Below, piece after piece: positions 41,458-55,387 of a DNA stretch of 64,000 bases; the stretch's first letter is position 1, and each line of letters begins with the position of its first letter. The DNA is taken from the NCBI RefSeq assembly GCF_000181795.1, contig NW_003526943.1, positions 5,945,806 to 6,009,805 of the forward strand, read 5' to 3'. The stretch comes from Trichinella spiralis. Lineage: Eukaryota. The notes beneath the pieces were generated by a model. The model worked only from the letters and a program-made list of their open reading frames with translations, searched no databases and was not told the origin of the DNA. A program made the position numbers and the translations under genes.

Positions 41458-44326
41458 GATAATAATGTATAATGCCGTTAAGTTTATCTTAAAACAGTAT
41501 ATCTCCGGTACATTTTCATATTCCAAAAGTAAAAATTATTTTTTAAATGCACGCATAATTGGGCAAAAATATATAATGCTAAAAATTAGAAAAGCAGGGC
41601 TTACCAAGAAAAGTAAATAATTTGAATGATGCTTGCGAAGGAACTTTCATAGATTGTGAATTATATACAAAGTTGTTAATTCGAATTAATAATAAATAGG
41701 CAATTACACATTTGATTTGTATTTTATAAATTTTCAAATGATTTACTTAATTAAAGCGTATACATAATTTCAGTATGTTTTAAATTAATAATTTACTTTT
41801 ATACAACTCAAAAGAAAAATGCACGCTTGACATTTTCATATCTGGATTGCCTACTTTTTATGCAAATACTAAATCGTAGAAAATTCTCTTACGCTTTATC
41901 CTAAGGGAAAAGTCACAAGATAAGTTACAGAAATTTTCTCGTGAATAACAAAATATTTAATATTGAAATTAAGTTCCATTTTTGTTTTTTTGTTTACTTG
42001 CTTATCGTACGCTTGTACAAATATGAGCAGTTCATGGTACACCTGCTTTTCACCATTTAGAATTTCTTTGCAGTACTTCTTTCCTGAATGCTTACATGCA
42101 TATGGCATAAATACAAATGAATCACTGTTGATTGTGCCCTCTCTTTTGAAATGGGCTATCATCTGTTTCAGCTTATGCGGTAGCTATCTCTATGACTAAC
42201 TGTATAAGCGTTTGCTAGATCACATTCAAATCCGCATTTCATACGTCATGTTTTGTAAACTTGATTGTACTAATCATTTCTATATATGTCTCATTTGACA
42301 TTCTCCATCATGATGCAGCCATTAGATCAAATGTGCTAGTTTGATATAATTATTACAATGGATTTAATTGTATTCAAACAATATTGCTTTTATTACGTTC
42401 TTCATTGAATTTCACAGATGTATAAATGTAATTAATTGACATGCATCAAATTATTAATAGCAATGTTGGTTTTCTCTATAACACATTTGAAATTGATTGA
42501 TTGATTGATTGATCACGGATTACATACAAAAAATTTATTTAATATACTCAATTTTAATTTTATAACTACCATTTTTAGTTATTTATTTGATCATTTAAAA
42601 ATCGTTCACTTAAAATTTGTATGATAACTATATCCATCACTGGAAATTTTATTTTATAGGTAACAATATATAACAGACATAAACCAGACAACAGCAAACA
42701 GAAGAGAATATTTTTATAAGGAGCATATTCACTGATATTCTTACATCAGCAGAAACAAAAATTACAGATGGAAGTCATAAATAATAATATTTTGTCATCG
42801 TAAAAGTAAAATTTTGCATAAATGATTATTAAAATTTTTTACTACAGCACTTTTCAGTTTGAATCTACTTTTACATAAAAAATAAATAATAACTTAGTGA
42901 ACAAGCACATTAAACAACAATTTAAATTCATACGAACTTGATTTTTATTAATTTAAAAAGAAAGATAAAATAAAATGCTGATATCTTTTTATGACTGCAA
43001 CCGTAACACATCAAAGGAAAGGATAATGGTAAACTACAGTAATTTTTTATGATGTAACAATGCATATTTTTCAAGACGCTATTTGGAATATCATTACTGA
43101 ACTTTATTTTACGGTAATATTTGTACAATATTCGTTTGGCACAAACGAGACATTTCATTAAAATAAATTGGATCCAAACTTATATAATTACAAATCTGAT
43201 TAATACAATTAGGTATGATTTATTTGAAAAATTTTTCTGTTTGCGAAAACGTAAAAAATTTTCATGCATCATTACGTTTGTATTGTAAAATTCGTCAGAA
43301 ATGAAAAATTAATACAGTCAGTAAATATGAATGTAAATAAATATAAATAAGGAAGTGCAAATTAGTTTTTAGAGAAATACGACTCCAAGAGCAAATTTTG
43401 AGGAAATGTACAACTTCTTACATTACAGATTCTTTTGTCATAAATGTTAATGCTAATTTCTGATAGATAAAAGTGTTGCTTGCTAAATGACAATTACTAA
43501 ATGAAATTTAATGACTTATTGAAATAACTTTATTTTGAACGAAATCATTTATTATAAAAAGTTTATTTTTATTTTTTATTTTTGTGATGCAGCTTACTGT
43601 TAGCAAATACAATTGTTTTTAAATGTCGATTATTGTATTGTCAAATAATTAATTAAGTGATAATTGCTGAAAATAAGATTTGAGTAAATAATATTGAAGA
43701 AAGACGTTTTCAACGCAGTAGGTGTTGATGGTGAAAGAAAACAATAATTTCCATTCGTGAATGGAAAAGCATCTCTCTTTCAGTGATGCATAATTTTATT
43801 TTAATATTTATATTTAAAGAATTTGAGAACCCCTCTAATGGAAGGTGTTACATTGTGAACACTGATCAATGGAAGCTGCATATAATTTCATTTATAATAA
43901 ACATATGCTTTAGTATTTTTTTATTCTTTAGCATGAGTATATATTATGAAACAACATATTTTTTAGACATTTAAACATCTGTATAAACATTAGAAAAAAA
44001 CAAGCGTATTTATTTATTGAAAAAGAATTTTTAATTTGTAAACTGAATCCAATTTTGTAAATTGATCAGTTTTTGAAAACAAGAAAAATTGAAATCCATG
44101 CAAGCCAGCTGTGCAATAGTAAATAATTCTTCATTAAATATAAAATTTTGAATTCTTTCTGAAGCAAATATGTTGTTGAACATATTACTCAAACTGTTTT
44201 CTATGTATCAAAATGAATTTATACAGCCAATGTAAACTGACTTTCCGAAAGTATAAATATTTTGCTCCAGATTCCACTAAGTCATTTTAAATAATTATTT
44301 TGTAGCGGACTGTGGTTTAAACTAAA

Positions 44327-45626
44327 ATGCCGTTTACGATGAAGAATCTGCTCAGCTTTGACTCCAACGGAAGCAGAAAAAAAAATTCTGCTTTTCACAG
44401 CCACGCTTTAAGCCACAACTGCTCAGGAAGTGCTTTCACACATGTTCACAAGCTGGAGTCCGCACAGTCTACAGAAATATCAAAAAATACTCCATGTACC
44501 AGTGAACATATAAATATTGGACATTCTGCTCATGCATCGTCAACTCTGTCAGCATTACCGTTAAATTCTTATACTAACGCAATGGGTATGCTCATTTATT
44601 TAATTTACTACCAATAGCAATTGAGCCATTTCATTTTGCAGTACCTTTTTCTCCGGTGTTACATTTCATTCAAAATGATAAGTAATGAGTTTTTAAAAGA
44701 ATTATTCATTATGTATAAAATAAAAATATTAAATGACTAGGATAAATTTTCATTTATAGCTTCCATTGCAACGACAGTGATTATTTCAATCGTCAAGAGC
44801 ATGTTTTTAATGCTTTTATCAGGTGAAAATAAAAAAGCCAAAAATTGTCAAAAATACTAAAAAATGTTGATTTTAACTGAAGCTTTCTACGTTGCATATT
44901 TTTTGTAGCCTTTTCACCGTCGCATTTGATCACTGGGCAAGCAGTTTCGCCATGCTTGCAATGCAATTCTCTTTGGTCACAGACTCAGTTGTGTGACCAA
45001 ACTTATGAAATGCCAAAAAATGAAAAAAAGCCTCGAAGAAAGAAGTATTTCATCATTTTTCGTTTAAATGCTACTTTCATAATAAAGAAATTTAGGACAG
45101 TTTTCACTGAACATCAGACCAAAGCACTTGAAAAGATATTTAAAGTTAGCCAATATCCTGATACACAAACAAGAATCAAACTCGGACTTGACATCCATCT
45201 TCCTGAAGACAGAATTCAGGTATGCAATGTTCAATATACGCAATACATGTTCAATATTCAGTTTTTTTAAAAAGAGATATCCAAAATTTATGCAATTAAT
45301 AGGAAATTTTATATCATTATTTTCCAAGCCATTATTTTATTATAATTAAAGAACAGTTTATATTTCATATCATTAGTTTATATTCCGTATATGTCATATT
45401 ATTATAAAAATGTACAATAAAGCACTGTTTTATGCATTTAGATTCATTTTCAATTTATAATTTAAAAAGATTTATTAATTTAGATATGGTTTCAAAATCG
45501 AAGAGCAAAAATGCGCAAAATGATGATAAGTGAAGGTGAATATGATTCTAATGGCAATAAAAATGTATAAATTAAATTTATTAATATTATGATTATCATT
45601 ATGTATATATTTAGTTGCCCAACTGA
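44327..45626 (+). CDS. Divergent paired-like (Q50) homeobox protein, Vsx-like but lacking the CVC domain
   Basis: N-terminal eh1-like MPFTMKNLLSF. The homeodomain [59 protein letters not shown] spans exons ending 45044, 45096-45219 and starting 45484. It stops at 45570, or at 45626 via a tiny last exon. Small middle exons (44642-44822) are uncertain. Confidence 0.85.
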
Positions 45627-46379
45627 AATTCTGTAAAGCATAAAAAATTTGCATAGATTTTCAATAAACATTATTGATTATGTCATATTATTCAAAAGTA
45701 AATTTCATAAAACTATTTACCAGAGCTTTACTAAATAAATATGTAATATACAAATAGAAATATGCAAAATAAATTTGGGAAAGTGCTTGCTTTTGTTTCT
45801 CTATGTAACATTATAGATTGAATGAAGATGTCGTTTTATTGTTGTCATTTCAACTGATGCAGTTAAAAACTTCCTATTAAATACAGCATGAGCAAGCGAT
45901 TATTACTTAAGCTGACTAAGGAGTAGCTATGAAATATCTATCTGTTTAATATAAAATATGTGCAAAAGCGTTCTTTGTTTGCTCAGTAACGCTAAATTTG
46001 ATCTAGTAAGTAATACTACTTAATAATAGCTGCCATTGTAAACGCATGATCAGTATCTTCATTTTTGTGTCTTTCCTACCTAATGAAGCAAAATAAAGCG
46101 TTTTTTTTTGTTTTTTGCCCGCATAAATTTGGCCACAGTTTTGTGATTGGTTGTTCGCTGATTGGCTGTACATCGTTTGATCAGTAATTCGCTGATGACT
46201 TATGCCATTTTATTAGTTACTCTGTTTTGATCAGTAATTGGGAGAGTGACTGGCATTTTTTGATTCGCTACTCAACTTTGATCATTGATTGGATAATTAT
46301 TTTTATGAAACTTTTCCCAGTTATGAGTGCATTACTTTATATGGACATGATCACGTTTTCCACTTTTAAAACAACGTGT

Positions 46380-47215
46380 TTTCAACCTTCGGATGGCTAT
46401 TCATTCTGATGACTAAAGCCGACCTGTCATTTTTGTGGTTCAACTTCACATAAATTGTTCACGCAATTGTTCATAAATAATTATGTAACTTAATGCTTTC
46501 TTTTGTTTGATATGCTGTTCCTGAATTAAATTCAGTAATTTAGAAATTAATTGGATCACTGGAAGTTATTTGTTTGATAATTTATGCATGAAGTTGTCTG
46601 AATCATTTAATTCAGTTGTATCAGTTCACTCTTATTCAAAGTTCATATTCAGGGAAATGTGATCACTGTCAAATATTTGTTTCTCAAGAACACTGTACTT
46701 CTACAAGAAAGTATTGATGTTTACAGTGTAATAATCAGGAATAAATTTGATGCATTATTTTAGCATCCTTTTTTTCGACATGAAATCCAATTTTTCAGAC
46801 ATATTTTTGCATACTTTCTGAGCGTTGTCATCTTTCTTAGATAATAAAAAAATTAGATGCAGCCAGCGTATCAGAGCAGTCTAATTGCAAAATCAATTTA
46901 TTAATAGACATATTCTATAAAAGGAATCGATAAAGGCTAAAAAATGTCACTAGAATTGCAATAACAATGAAGTGTTACAATTCAATGAGTCAGACAACTC
47001 CATGCATAACTTATGAGTCGAATAAATTCCAGTGATCAACTTAATCTTTAGATTGCTAAATTTAATTCAGGAATAGCATGGCAAACAAAAGAATGCATTA
47101 AGTTCCATAGATAAGTGAAATTAAAGCCTCAAAATGCTCTTTTTTTATTCGAGTCAAAATTGACCCGGCTTTAGTCATCAGAAGGACAAAAAATCCTTTA
47201 GCAATCCAAAGGTCA
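46380..47215. mobile_element. Foldback/MITE-like element with ~230-bp imperfect inverted arms
   Basis: ttctgatgactaaagccg (46404-46421) is the reverse complement of cggctttagtcatcagaa (47166-47183). 46486-46612 pairs with 46979-47106 (aacttaatgc.ttcttttgtttg...ttcctgaattaaatt...gatcactggaa...tatgcatg.agttgtctga.tcatt). The interior is non-coding. Confidence 0.8.
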
Positions 47216-47943
47216 AAGAAGGCTTTCAAGTGCAGATGGCGTTAAGTAGTCAGTGATGTCATAATTGAAATTATAGCGTTTATTAATTTTCTTTATTTAA
47301 TACTTTAGTTTCATGCAGTTATTCATGTTTCAGCTATGGCTTTGTAATTTGTAATTTTAGTTTAAATTTGTAAATAAAACTGTTCTCTTGAAGATTATAT
47401 GTCATTTTAAATTTTAAACAACATTCAAATATGTTTAATAATGCAAGGCCATACATTTTTTATTTAAAAAGAATAGTTAATTTCGAAATACCTGCTATTA
47501 TAATTTAATTTATTGTTAATAGCTCATCATAGAAGATATTATTTAAAATTTTAATTTTTAGAACACAATATAATTATGTAGATTTTTGTTAAGTAAAAAA
47601 TTTATAAACCTACATTTTCAGTGAACAAGCTGTATTTTGTCTCATAAAAAATAAATTTAAATTTTTTTATAGAATTTTTTTATTTCTTCTTTATTTTTTT
47701 TATTTTTATAATTATTTGCCAATAATTAACTGATTGATTAACTGGTTATTTTTAAAATAAATAAACTGAAGCATTCACTCATAAAGAATTTTTACGTTAT
47801 TTGCATTGTTATAATTCTTTTCAGTTTTTCTCTGAAGTAGATGATTTGCGATGTTAAATAAAATACCATTTACTTTGCTATTTTATTATTTCATTTCGAC
47901 ATATGAAGAACAAATAGATTTTAATTTAAATCCAAAATTTAAA

Positions 47944-50900
47944 TTAAACAGACAGATATGTCATGGTACCCCAGCTATTGCCATGTTTTATTCTGACCGG
48001 TAGATCGACTCTTAGTGAAACAGCCGTTTCCATAGAATGCTTCACAATTGTAGCAACTGCTTCAACATTTGAATTGGTAACTTCTAGCATAAGTTCATCG
48101 TGAATTTGGAATATAATTTTCGCCAACGTTTGGGCATTATTCACTAAATTTAAAAAATCATAGTTTAGCATGCTGAAAAGAAGAATTCAAAATTTAAATC
48201 AGAAATAATTATACTTTGGCCATTTTTCTTTGTATAATCATCCAAAGCTAGATACACTTTTCTGAGAGCTATTTTAAAAATATCTGAAGCAGAACCTTGC
48301 ACTGTGGTGTTGATAGCCTGACGCTCAGCGTGAAGTTTATCAGATGTTGCAGAGCTTCGAATAGCTGCAAAGTAGCGGACACGATTAGCCAAAGTAACAC
48401 AAAATCCTCTGCTTCGGCATTTTTCCGTTGTTTCAATCAGCCATCTCGTTACGTCTGCAAAGCAAGAACAACAACATGCAAATGTGGCAAATAATAAGTA
48501 AAACAGCCTAATCCCTATGCAGTGCAACAAACCTGGAAACAGTTTTTTGAAATTATTATAGAATTGAATTGCTTGTTCTTCATCTGTTCCGAGTTCTGCT
48601 GCTAAACTTTTTGGGCACATTCCATAGATGAGTGCATAACATATCTGCAGGTTAAAATATACTATTATTTTTGAAATCTTGTTTACGTTAAAGTTAAAAG
48701 TTTTTGGAAACATTGGGCATTATATATGTGGGTGAGATTTTTAATGAGAATTAAAATTAAATTTGAGAAGTTTGCAAGTTATATTAATTCTGAAATTTAG
48801 CTTAAATCAAGCATTGCAGCAAAACCTGTTTGGCTCGATTACGCTGGATTTCATTTACTGCTGAACGATCAATGGAGTTCATTTTGGCTGCAATTTCTGT
48901 AAAAACGTCAATCTTTTCTTTTAGAATTTTGATCAGCTTTGAGTCATTTGAAAGATGAGCCAGAATTCGCAATTCAAGCTGAGAAAAGTCAGCTGATAGC
49001 AAAGTACATCCTTAAAGCAAAAAAAATTAGAAAAGCGTATCACTTATTTCTAAGCTTGCACAATATACAACTGATTTTGCTTATGTTCATATTATGATTT
49101 TTCAGTGCGAAATTTGATTAATTAATTAGGTAAAAAAATTTTAGTGATCTTACAGCAAATATAAAAAAGGTACGGAATGGTTGTTCGCATTTAAATTTTT
49201 TTGGAAACTGTTCATGCAGTTTCAGAATTATATACTTAAATGACAAATTTGTTAGAATGTTAAATGACAAATGTATGAACTAAAGTAGAACTTACAAATG
49301 ACACAGTGTTACATTTGATGACAAAAGGCAATTTAAAAAATAGCAATAAAAATTTACCTTCAGAAGCCACAAAAATTTCTCTTATATGAAGAGTATTGTT
49401 TCCGTTTGGTATTTCCAAAAACTTTGGCACAATCTGAAGATTTGGTTCGTGCATAATTAAACGACCTGTAGCAGTATACCAATCGTATTTCCCTATTATT
49501 CGTTCTTGAGTTGAAAATACACAGTTGCAGTTTGTGCACAAATACCGATTTATCCTCAGAAGGGGATAAATGTAATTTGTCAAAGCTGCAGATAGCTGCC
49601 GAAATTCCAAAATTATACCCGGAAGTGGATGAAGTTGTGCTAAGTTTTCAAGAACGTGCTTAGCAGTAGAATATTGTTTAACTGATGTAAAACGCCGCCT
49701 TGATACTTTACTTTCATCTGGTGGCGGAAGCTGAAGTTCATAAAATAATACTTTGGAAACTTCTTTTGGTGAATTAAGTGAAAAACGATGACCAGCTTCT
49801 TTTGCAGCTTCTGCTTCTAGTTCGTTTAATTTGTTTTTTAAGCAAGTTGACATAGCCATGCATAAATCTACATTGAAACCAATTCCAGCTGATTCTATAT
49901 TCCCTACAACATACTGAGCAGGAAGTTCAATATTCAAAAATGCATTCCAAAGATTCTTCTTCTTCAAGATTTCAAATATTTTCGGATATAATACATTAGT
50001 CGCAGCACTTTGAAAGCAACTAGTGCTACTGTTGGAAGAGTCATTGTTCCATGAAGATTGAAGAATGTTTAAATCATGAGGTGAATATTCAGTTAGGAGC
50101 GCTTTAACATCCCAATAAGAACCATCTGGATTCAGTATCCATGATGCAGTGGTCAAGCATAAACGATTTTGAAATTCAAATGCCTCATTTTTATAAAGTT
50201 CAAATAACAAAGGGATAACTTTTCTGAGATTATAAAATACAACTACTTTTGAGCTATCATTCGGTGTCAAAATCATTTTTAATAATTTAACTTTATCCTT
50301 TTCACCTGCTTCACATCCATCACCTACAAATTCAGACACTACTTGAAATCAAAATTATTACTGTTATCATTTTTAAACTTTAATAAATAATGTAAAATGA
50401 ATTAAATATTCATCTAAAAAGCAGTGCAGTATTTTTCACAGATGTAAATTCAGGTAAATTTTATGCAATATTAATATTTTTAAATTTTCAATAAATTTTT
50501 AAAATTTTTAATGAAAAACAAGAAACATACTTTTGAATTCACCTGTAAGAACATACACATTTTGTAAATCCCAACATACAGCAACCGTGTAATTGGATAT
50601 TTTTGTTGACTTTCTTGAATGAAGTTTAGAATGACAAGCAGTGCAATTTTCAATGTCTAAGGCATAAATCTGATGTAAATGTAATCAAAAATTTTGGGTA
50701 TTTATTCATGCTTAATCTTAATTTTAAGTAAAATAATTATTCATATTTAATTAAAAACGCCTGAAAATTTCAGGCTGGTAACTGCTTCAAACAAAGTATT
50801 AAACTCTTGGCTATTGCGTGAGCATTGGGTTTTTTAAGTATGGAATAGAAATTCATTACTCAATTATGCATCATCAATATAGAGTTATTTAATAAGAATA

Positions 50901-53900
50901 TACTTAGTACATTATAAAATAAATAAAAATTTTATTTACCTTTATCCAAAGCAATTGATATAGCGTACTGTTTTTGCTTTTTAATGGTCTCACAAAACAT
51001 GATCATTGCTTCTTTTGACTTTTCCAAGTTAACAACTGCATATTCAGTTGCAGTTTGCTCTGGTAGATTTTCACTGGAATCCTGGATTTGTTGTTCGCTT
51101 TTTGAAACTGTAAAGCTTCTAAAATCGCTTTCAGCAAATATTTCTGCAGATTCAGTTGATGTGCTATCCACTTTAGTATCAAATGATGAATCAAAAATAT
51201 CCACCAGCTGCTGTGTACTTAATCCTTGTAAAGCATCTTTAAATTCCTGATGACGCTCAGCTTCTGAAGTAGATAAATGTTTCATTGATAGTTGACAGTC
51301 AATATTAGGTCTTTCAGTAAGTGAAGTAAAGCTAGCGTTCAGAGCATTGCAAATTTCACGCTCTGAAGCTGTAGAAAGTTTTAATGGATCACTGTATGTA
51401 TTTTTACCACTCGACTCATCTAAATTATTGGAACTTTTGAAAAAGACGTTATTTATGCTGCTATTAAAATGAGTAGCATCTAATTCTAAATTTGAATCTG
51501 AATGACATGCTTTATTGGATGAAAAACCTTCGTCAAACAGACAGTCCATTTTTTTCTGAATGGAAGTTTGTTGGTCCAAAATTTCAGTTTCTGGTGAAGC
51601 TATCGTGCATTCCCTACAAGAGGGATCACCTTCTTTACTGTATTGCAAACATTCATTTGCTCTGGACGAGGATCCTTCAATCAATTCAAATGAGGTATTA
51701 AACCAACTCAAAGATACTTCAAGATCTTGATGTAAATCGATTTCTTGAGCATTGTAAAAATTATCTGATTTATTTTCATTGCCAACAGAAGTGGTTTTAG
51801 TTAATTGCCTGTTATGATCAGTTGTTTGTTGTTCACTATTTTCTAAAAACTGATCAGCTGATAATTCACGGCAATGAGATCCATATTCACCAGCGCTGCA
51901 ATTAAATTGGGAGGAAAGAGAAGAATTGAAAAATATTTCTTCACGATCTAAAAGGTGTTTCACATTTACATGCTAATTTTGTTATTAATATATGTCATTA
52001 CGTTTTGAAAAATTTTTCCTTGAAGCTTCAGCACTGACGTCATTTTCCACTAGGCCCAAACCCTCAAACGTTTCTTCTAAATATTCTAACAGAGATGATC
52101 CATAGGAACATTCAACGTTGGTTCCACAACATTCAGCAAGACAATGCTGAAAAGATTCAGATTTCATTTCATTTGATTTATGAGCTGTTGTATTGTCAGG
52201 TTGATTTTCCGTCATCAGATTTTCCTGCATTAGAAAAGGTGAATCAAACCAAGATGCGGAAATTATTTCATCTATTTCAGTTGTTGGAGTTGAAGAAATC
52301 TTTGCAACTGCATTTTTCTGAAAAATTTCAACTGTGCCTTCTGTTAATTCAATTTCCTGATGCAAATCTGACTTTTCATCTGTTTTCCTGAAATTATCTT
52401 ATTGATATACCTTGAACATATTTTTCATTGCTTTTAATTTATCATTGTATATTTTAATATACCTGTAAGAAGTAGACGGAAGATAATTTATAGAAGCAGA
52501 CAGCTTTTGCTTGTCGTTTTCTGGATTGCTCAATTTGTCTTTTGATGAAAATGAATCTTCACGTTTGTTTTTGGCAAATGCTTCCATCAAATCATCATTT
52601 AAAGAAAAAGGAGAGCTGAACCATTGATCAAATATAACTTCGTCTACTAGTGAAATATTGTCTCCTGTTTTGCTGGGGTTTTCATCATTGCACGCTTCCA
52701 ACGCGCTTTGTAATGAATTGTTCATGTTTTCACATTTTGATTTTTCTCCACTTTGGCGACATGTATTATCATTGTTGAGTATTTGTTCATCATCACTAGC
52801 AGCAGGAAACAGTAATTTGTTTGATGCAGAATCTTCAATATTGTTTCTGCTACCCAGAATTTTAGATCTTGAAAATGGTGACATTTCATTACCGTTAGAC
52901 CAGTTTCTACTTTCTGCTTTTTCATCAAGATAAGCGCTACGCTCCAGAACTACTTGCAAACCACCTTCTATTTCGAATTTTTCCTCTTGAATAATAGACG
53001 TTGATATGGCGTTTGCATTCTGCTGACTTTGAAATGGAAACTCTTCAGGACTTTTATCAACACAAGCGTTTTTGTCACCAGTGTTTTTCATTTTTAAATT
53101 CCCTTCCAAAGATGCTGATTGAGATGTATGGAATTGCAACACTGCATCATCGTTTTCCCATTGCTTATGTGAGTCATCCTCTTCAAGCAAATCGACAAAT
53201 ATATTATTCTGCAATACTTTTGATCCTTTTTCATCAGATTGTATAAGGCATAAGCCAAATCCCCGCAAACGATCACTTAATAAACAGCGAGCCTGCTTAC
53301 GAACAAACTCTGCTGCATCATACAAGCTTAACTCTGAATGCCCAGCTAACCAGGTGCTTTTTTCTCCACCATTGGAACTGCTGAAGAAAATTTAAAATAT
53401 AAAGTTTTAAATCACTGAAACAGACCAAAGCAAATACTATAAAGACAGAAATTACCTTTCAAAAGGCACAGCTCTACTAAAAACTTTTGCTATTTCTCGA
53501 ATTTTCATTTGAGCCAGTTTAGCAATGGTCGTAATTCCATCTTCATGAAAACGCCTAGCGCGCAGTCCATCAATTCCATCAATTTGTACAAGCTCAGTTA
53601 AGTCACGTTTCACACCAAAAGCTAACCTTTCAGAAAATCCACAAAGTAGAGTTTTGAAAGTAAACCACCCCAAACGATCACAGAATGCTACCACCATTCC
53701 TTAAAAATGAACATGATCTGTTAAAAGCAGCTCTAATGTTTATTGATGAGAAAACTGTTTATTGTTTACTGTATGGTTTAATTCAACGATGAAAATCTGA
53801 AGAATACAAAATATGAATTTTGAATTCTTAAAAGAAAGTACTATTACCAAAAATCAGCGCTGTCAAAAGCAGTGCTTGCTTCAATTATAGTTTCTTTAGC

Positions 53901-55387
53901 ATTAAAAGTGTTATTTATTAAAAGTAAATGCTTTTTTAAAATAACACAAAAATGTATAATTACAAGTGTTGTGTGAATCATACCAATTCATCTGATATGT
54001 TTTCTTTTTTATAATTTTTGAATTTAAATGTCTACCTGCGTATGTTGCCGCTTGCTGTTGCAGTGATTGTAAAAATCCACGATTGAATCCATACTTTTTA
54101 GATACAACCATAATTGGTTTCTCTTCTACTAATTCATATAAAGCAAGTGCCACAAAATATCGCAGATAAATCTAAATTTATCAATTATGAAAAATAGAAT
54201 AAATTTTTAAAGGATCTTTTACTTATAAAAATAAAATGCATTCAAAACGAAAGCGTAAAATTTAAATCTAAGTACACAACATATCTAAGTATTATAGTTC
54301 TATTTCAAAAGTACACAATTAAATTTACAAATCATCAAAACTTGCTAGTTAAATATGTACCTGAAGCTTCTCATGATCATTATGTTTTACATTTCCAAGT
54401 GTTGCAGAAGCTGCTTTGTTTACAAGATATCTTTCCTGAATTCCTATCATCTCACCGACTCGCCTTTGTCCAGATTCAAGATTTCTCCAAATATCATAAT
54501 ACTGCGTCCAAGATATGCCATGTTTAACTTGTTCAATTAAAAATATCGGCGTTACCTGAAGCATGAATGCATGAAATCAGCAATGAATATGTTTCACATA
54601 ATGTTTTGACATTTACTAAATATACAAGATGTAAGTCTGTTTCCAATACCAATGCGCTTTTTGCTTTTTTTAAATCTTTGTAAACATACAATGCTTCATC
54701 TGGCGACATAGATGAACCAACTGTAGCACATCCAAGTTGGGTAGGCAATATATTATCTTCTGTGGATGTAGATTTTCAAGAAACAATAATAAATATTAAA
54801 GTGGTAAAAGGTATGCTGAGAATGACTAAGGCCTAATGTTAAAATTTAATTCATTCTGTAGATCTGATATGATTTTATTATATTTTGATGGCAAGTTTTA
54901 ATATTCCTGATTTATAATATGCAGTTTGATTTCAGTTATAAATATTAAAATGATTTGCAAATCATTAAAAAATTATGTAGGAGATAAATTAATAAATACC
55001 TGTAACAGAAATGAAATCGTTTTCTTGAAGATATTGCAAGCACGATTCCACTAAGTCAGAATTTTTATGTAGCTCTTCACTAGCAGCAACAGCTTCTTGC
55101 CTTGCATAGGATAAGGTACAATGCAAAAAGAATAAAATTTCTGCTTTATTCTTAACAATTCCATTTGTAATTATCTATTAAAAACGTTCTGTGTGGCTTT
55201 AAAACCGACGTGATGTAATGTACCGAAATGTAAATATTACTTCTAAAAGTGTTCGAATCAATCCCCAGCTGCTGGATTTTTCAGCAGTTACTGAAAGCGT
55301 TGAGTTGTTTTCAAGCATATCGGCATTTGCTATTAGCTCATAAGCTCTTTTCAATTCATTTGATTTGCATATCAAAATACTTTCACC
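47944..55387 (-). CDS. POLQ: DNA polymerase theta (helicase C-terminal part, acidic linker, family A polymerase); 5' exons outside the window
   Basis: Helicase exons: GESILIC, PTQLGCATVGSSMSP, LETDLHLVYLVTP, RGFLQSLQQQAATYAGMVVAFCDRLGW, RLAFGVKRDLTELVQI. A long Ser/acidic central region follows. Polymerase motifs: FSLNSPKEVSKVLF, STAKHVLE, HPLPGIILEFRQ, TATGRL..EPNLQ, A SADFSQLELRILAHLS, B RNRAKQICYALIYG, C QIHDELMLEV. Confidence 0.96.

Noticed and set aside
50932..53325. Long acidic ORFs as independent genes
   Set aside because: They are the disordered central-domain exons of polymerase theta, lying between its helicase and polymerase exons.
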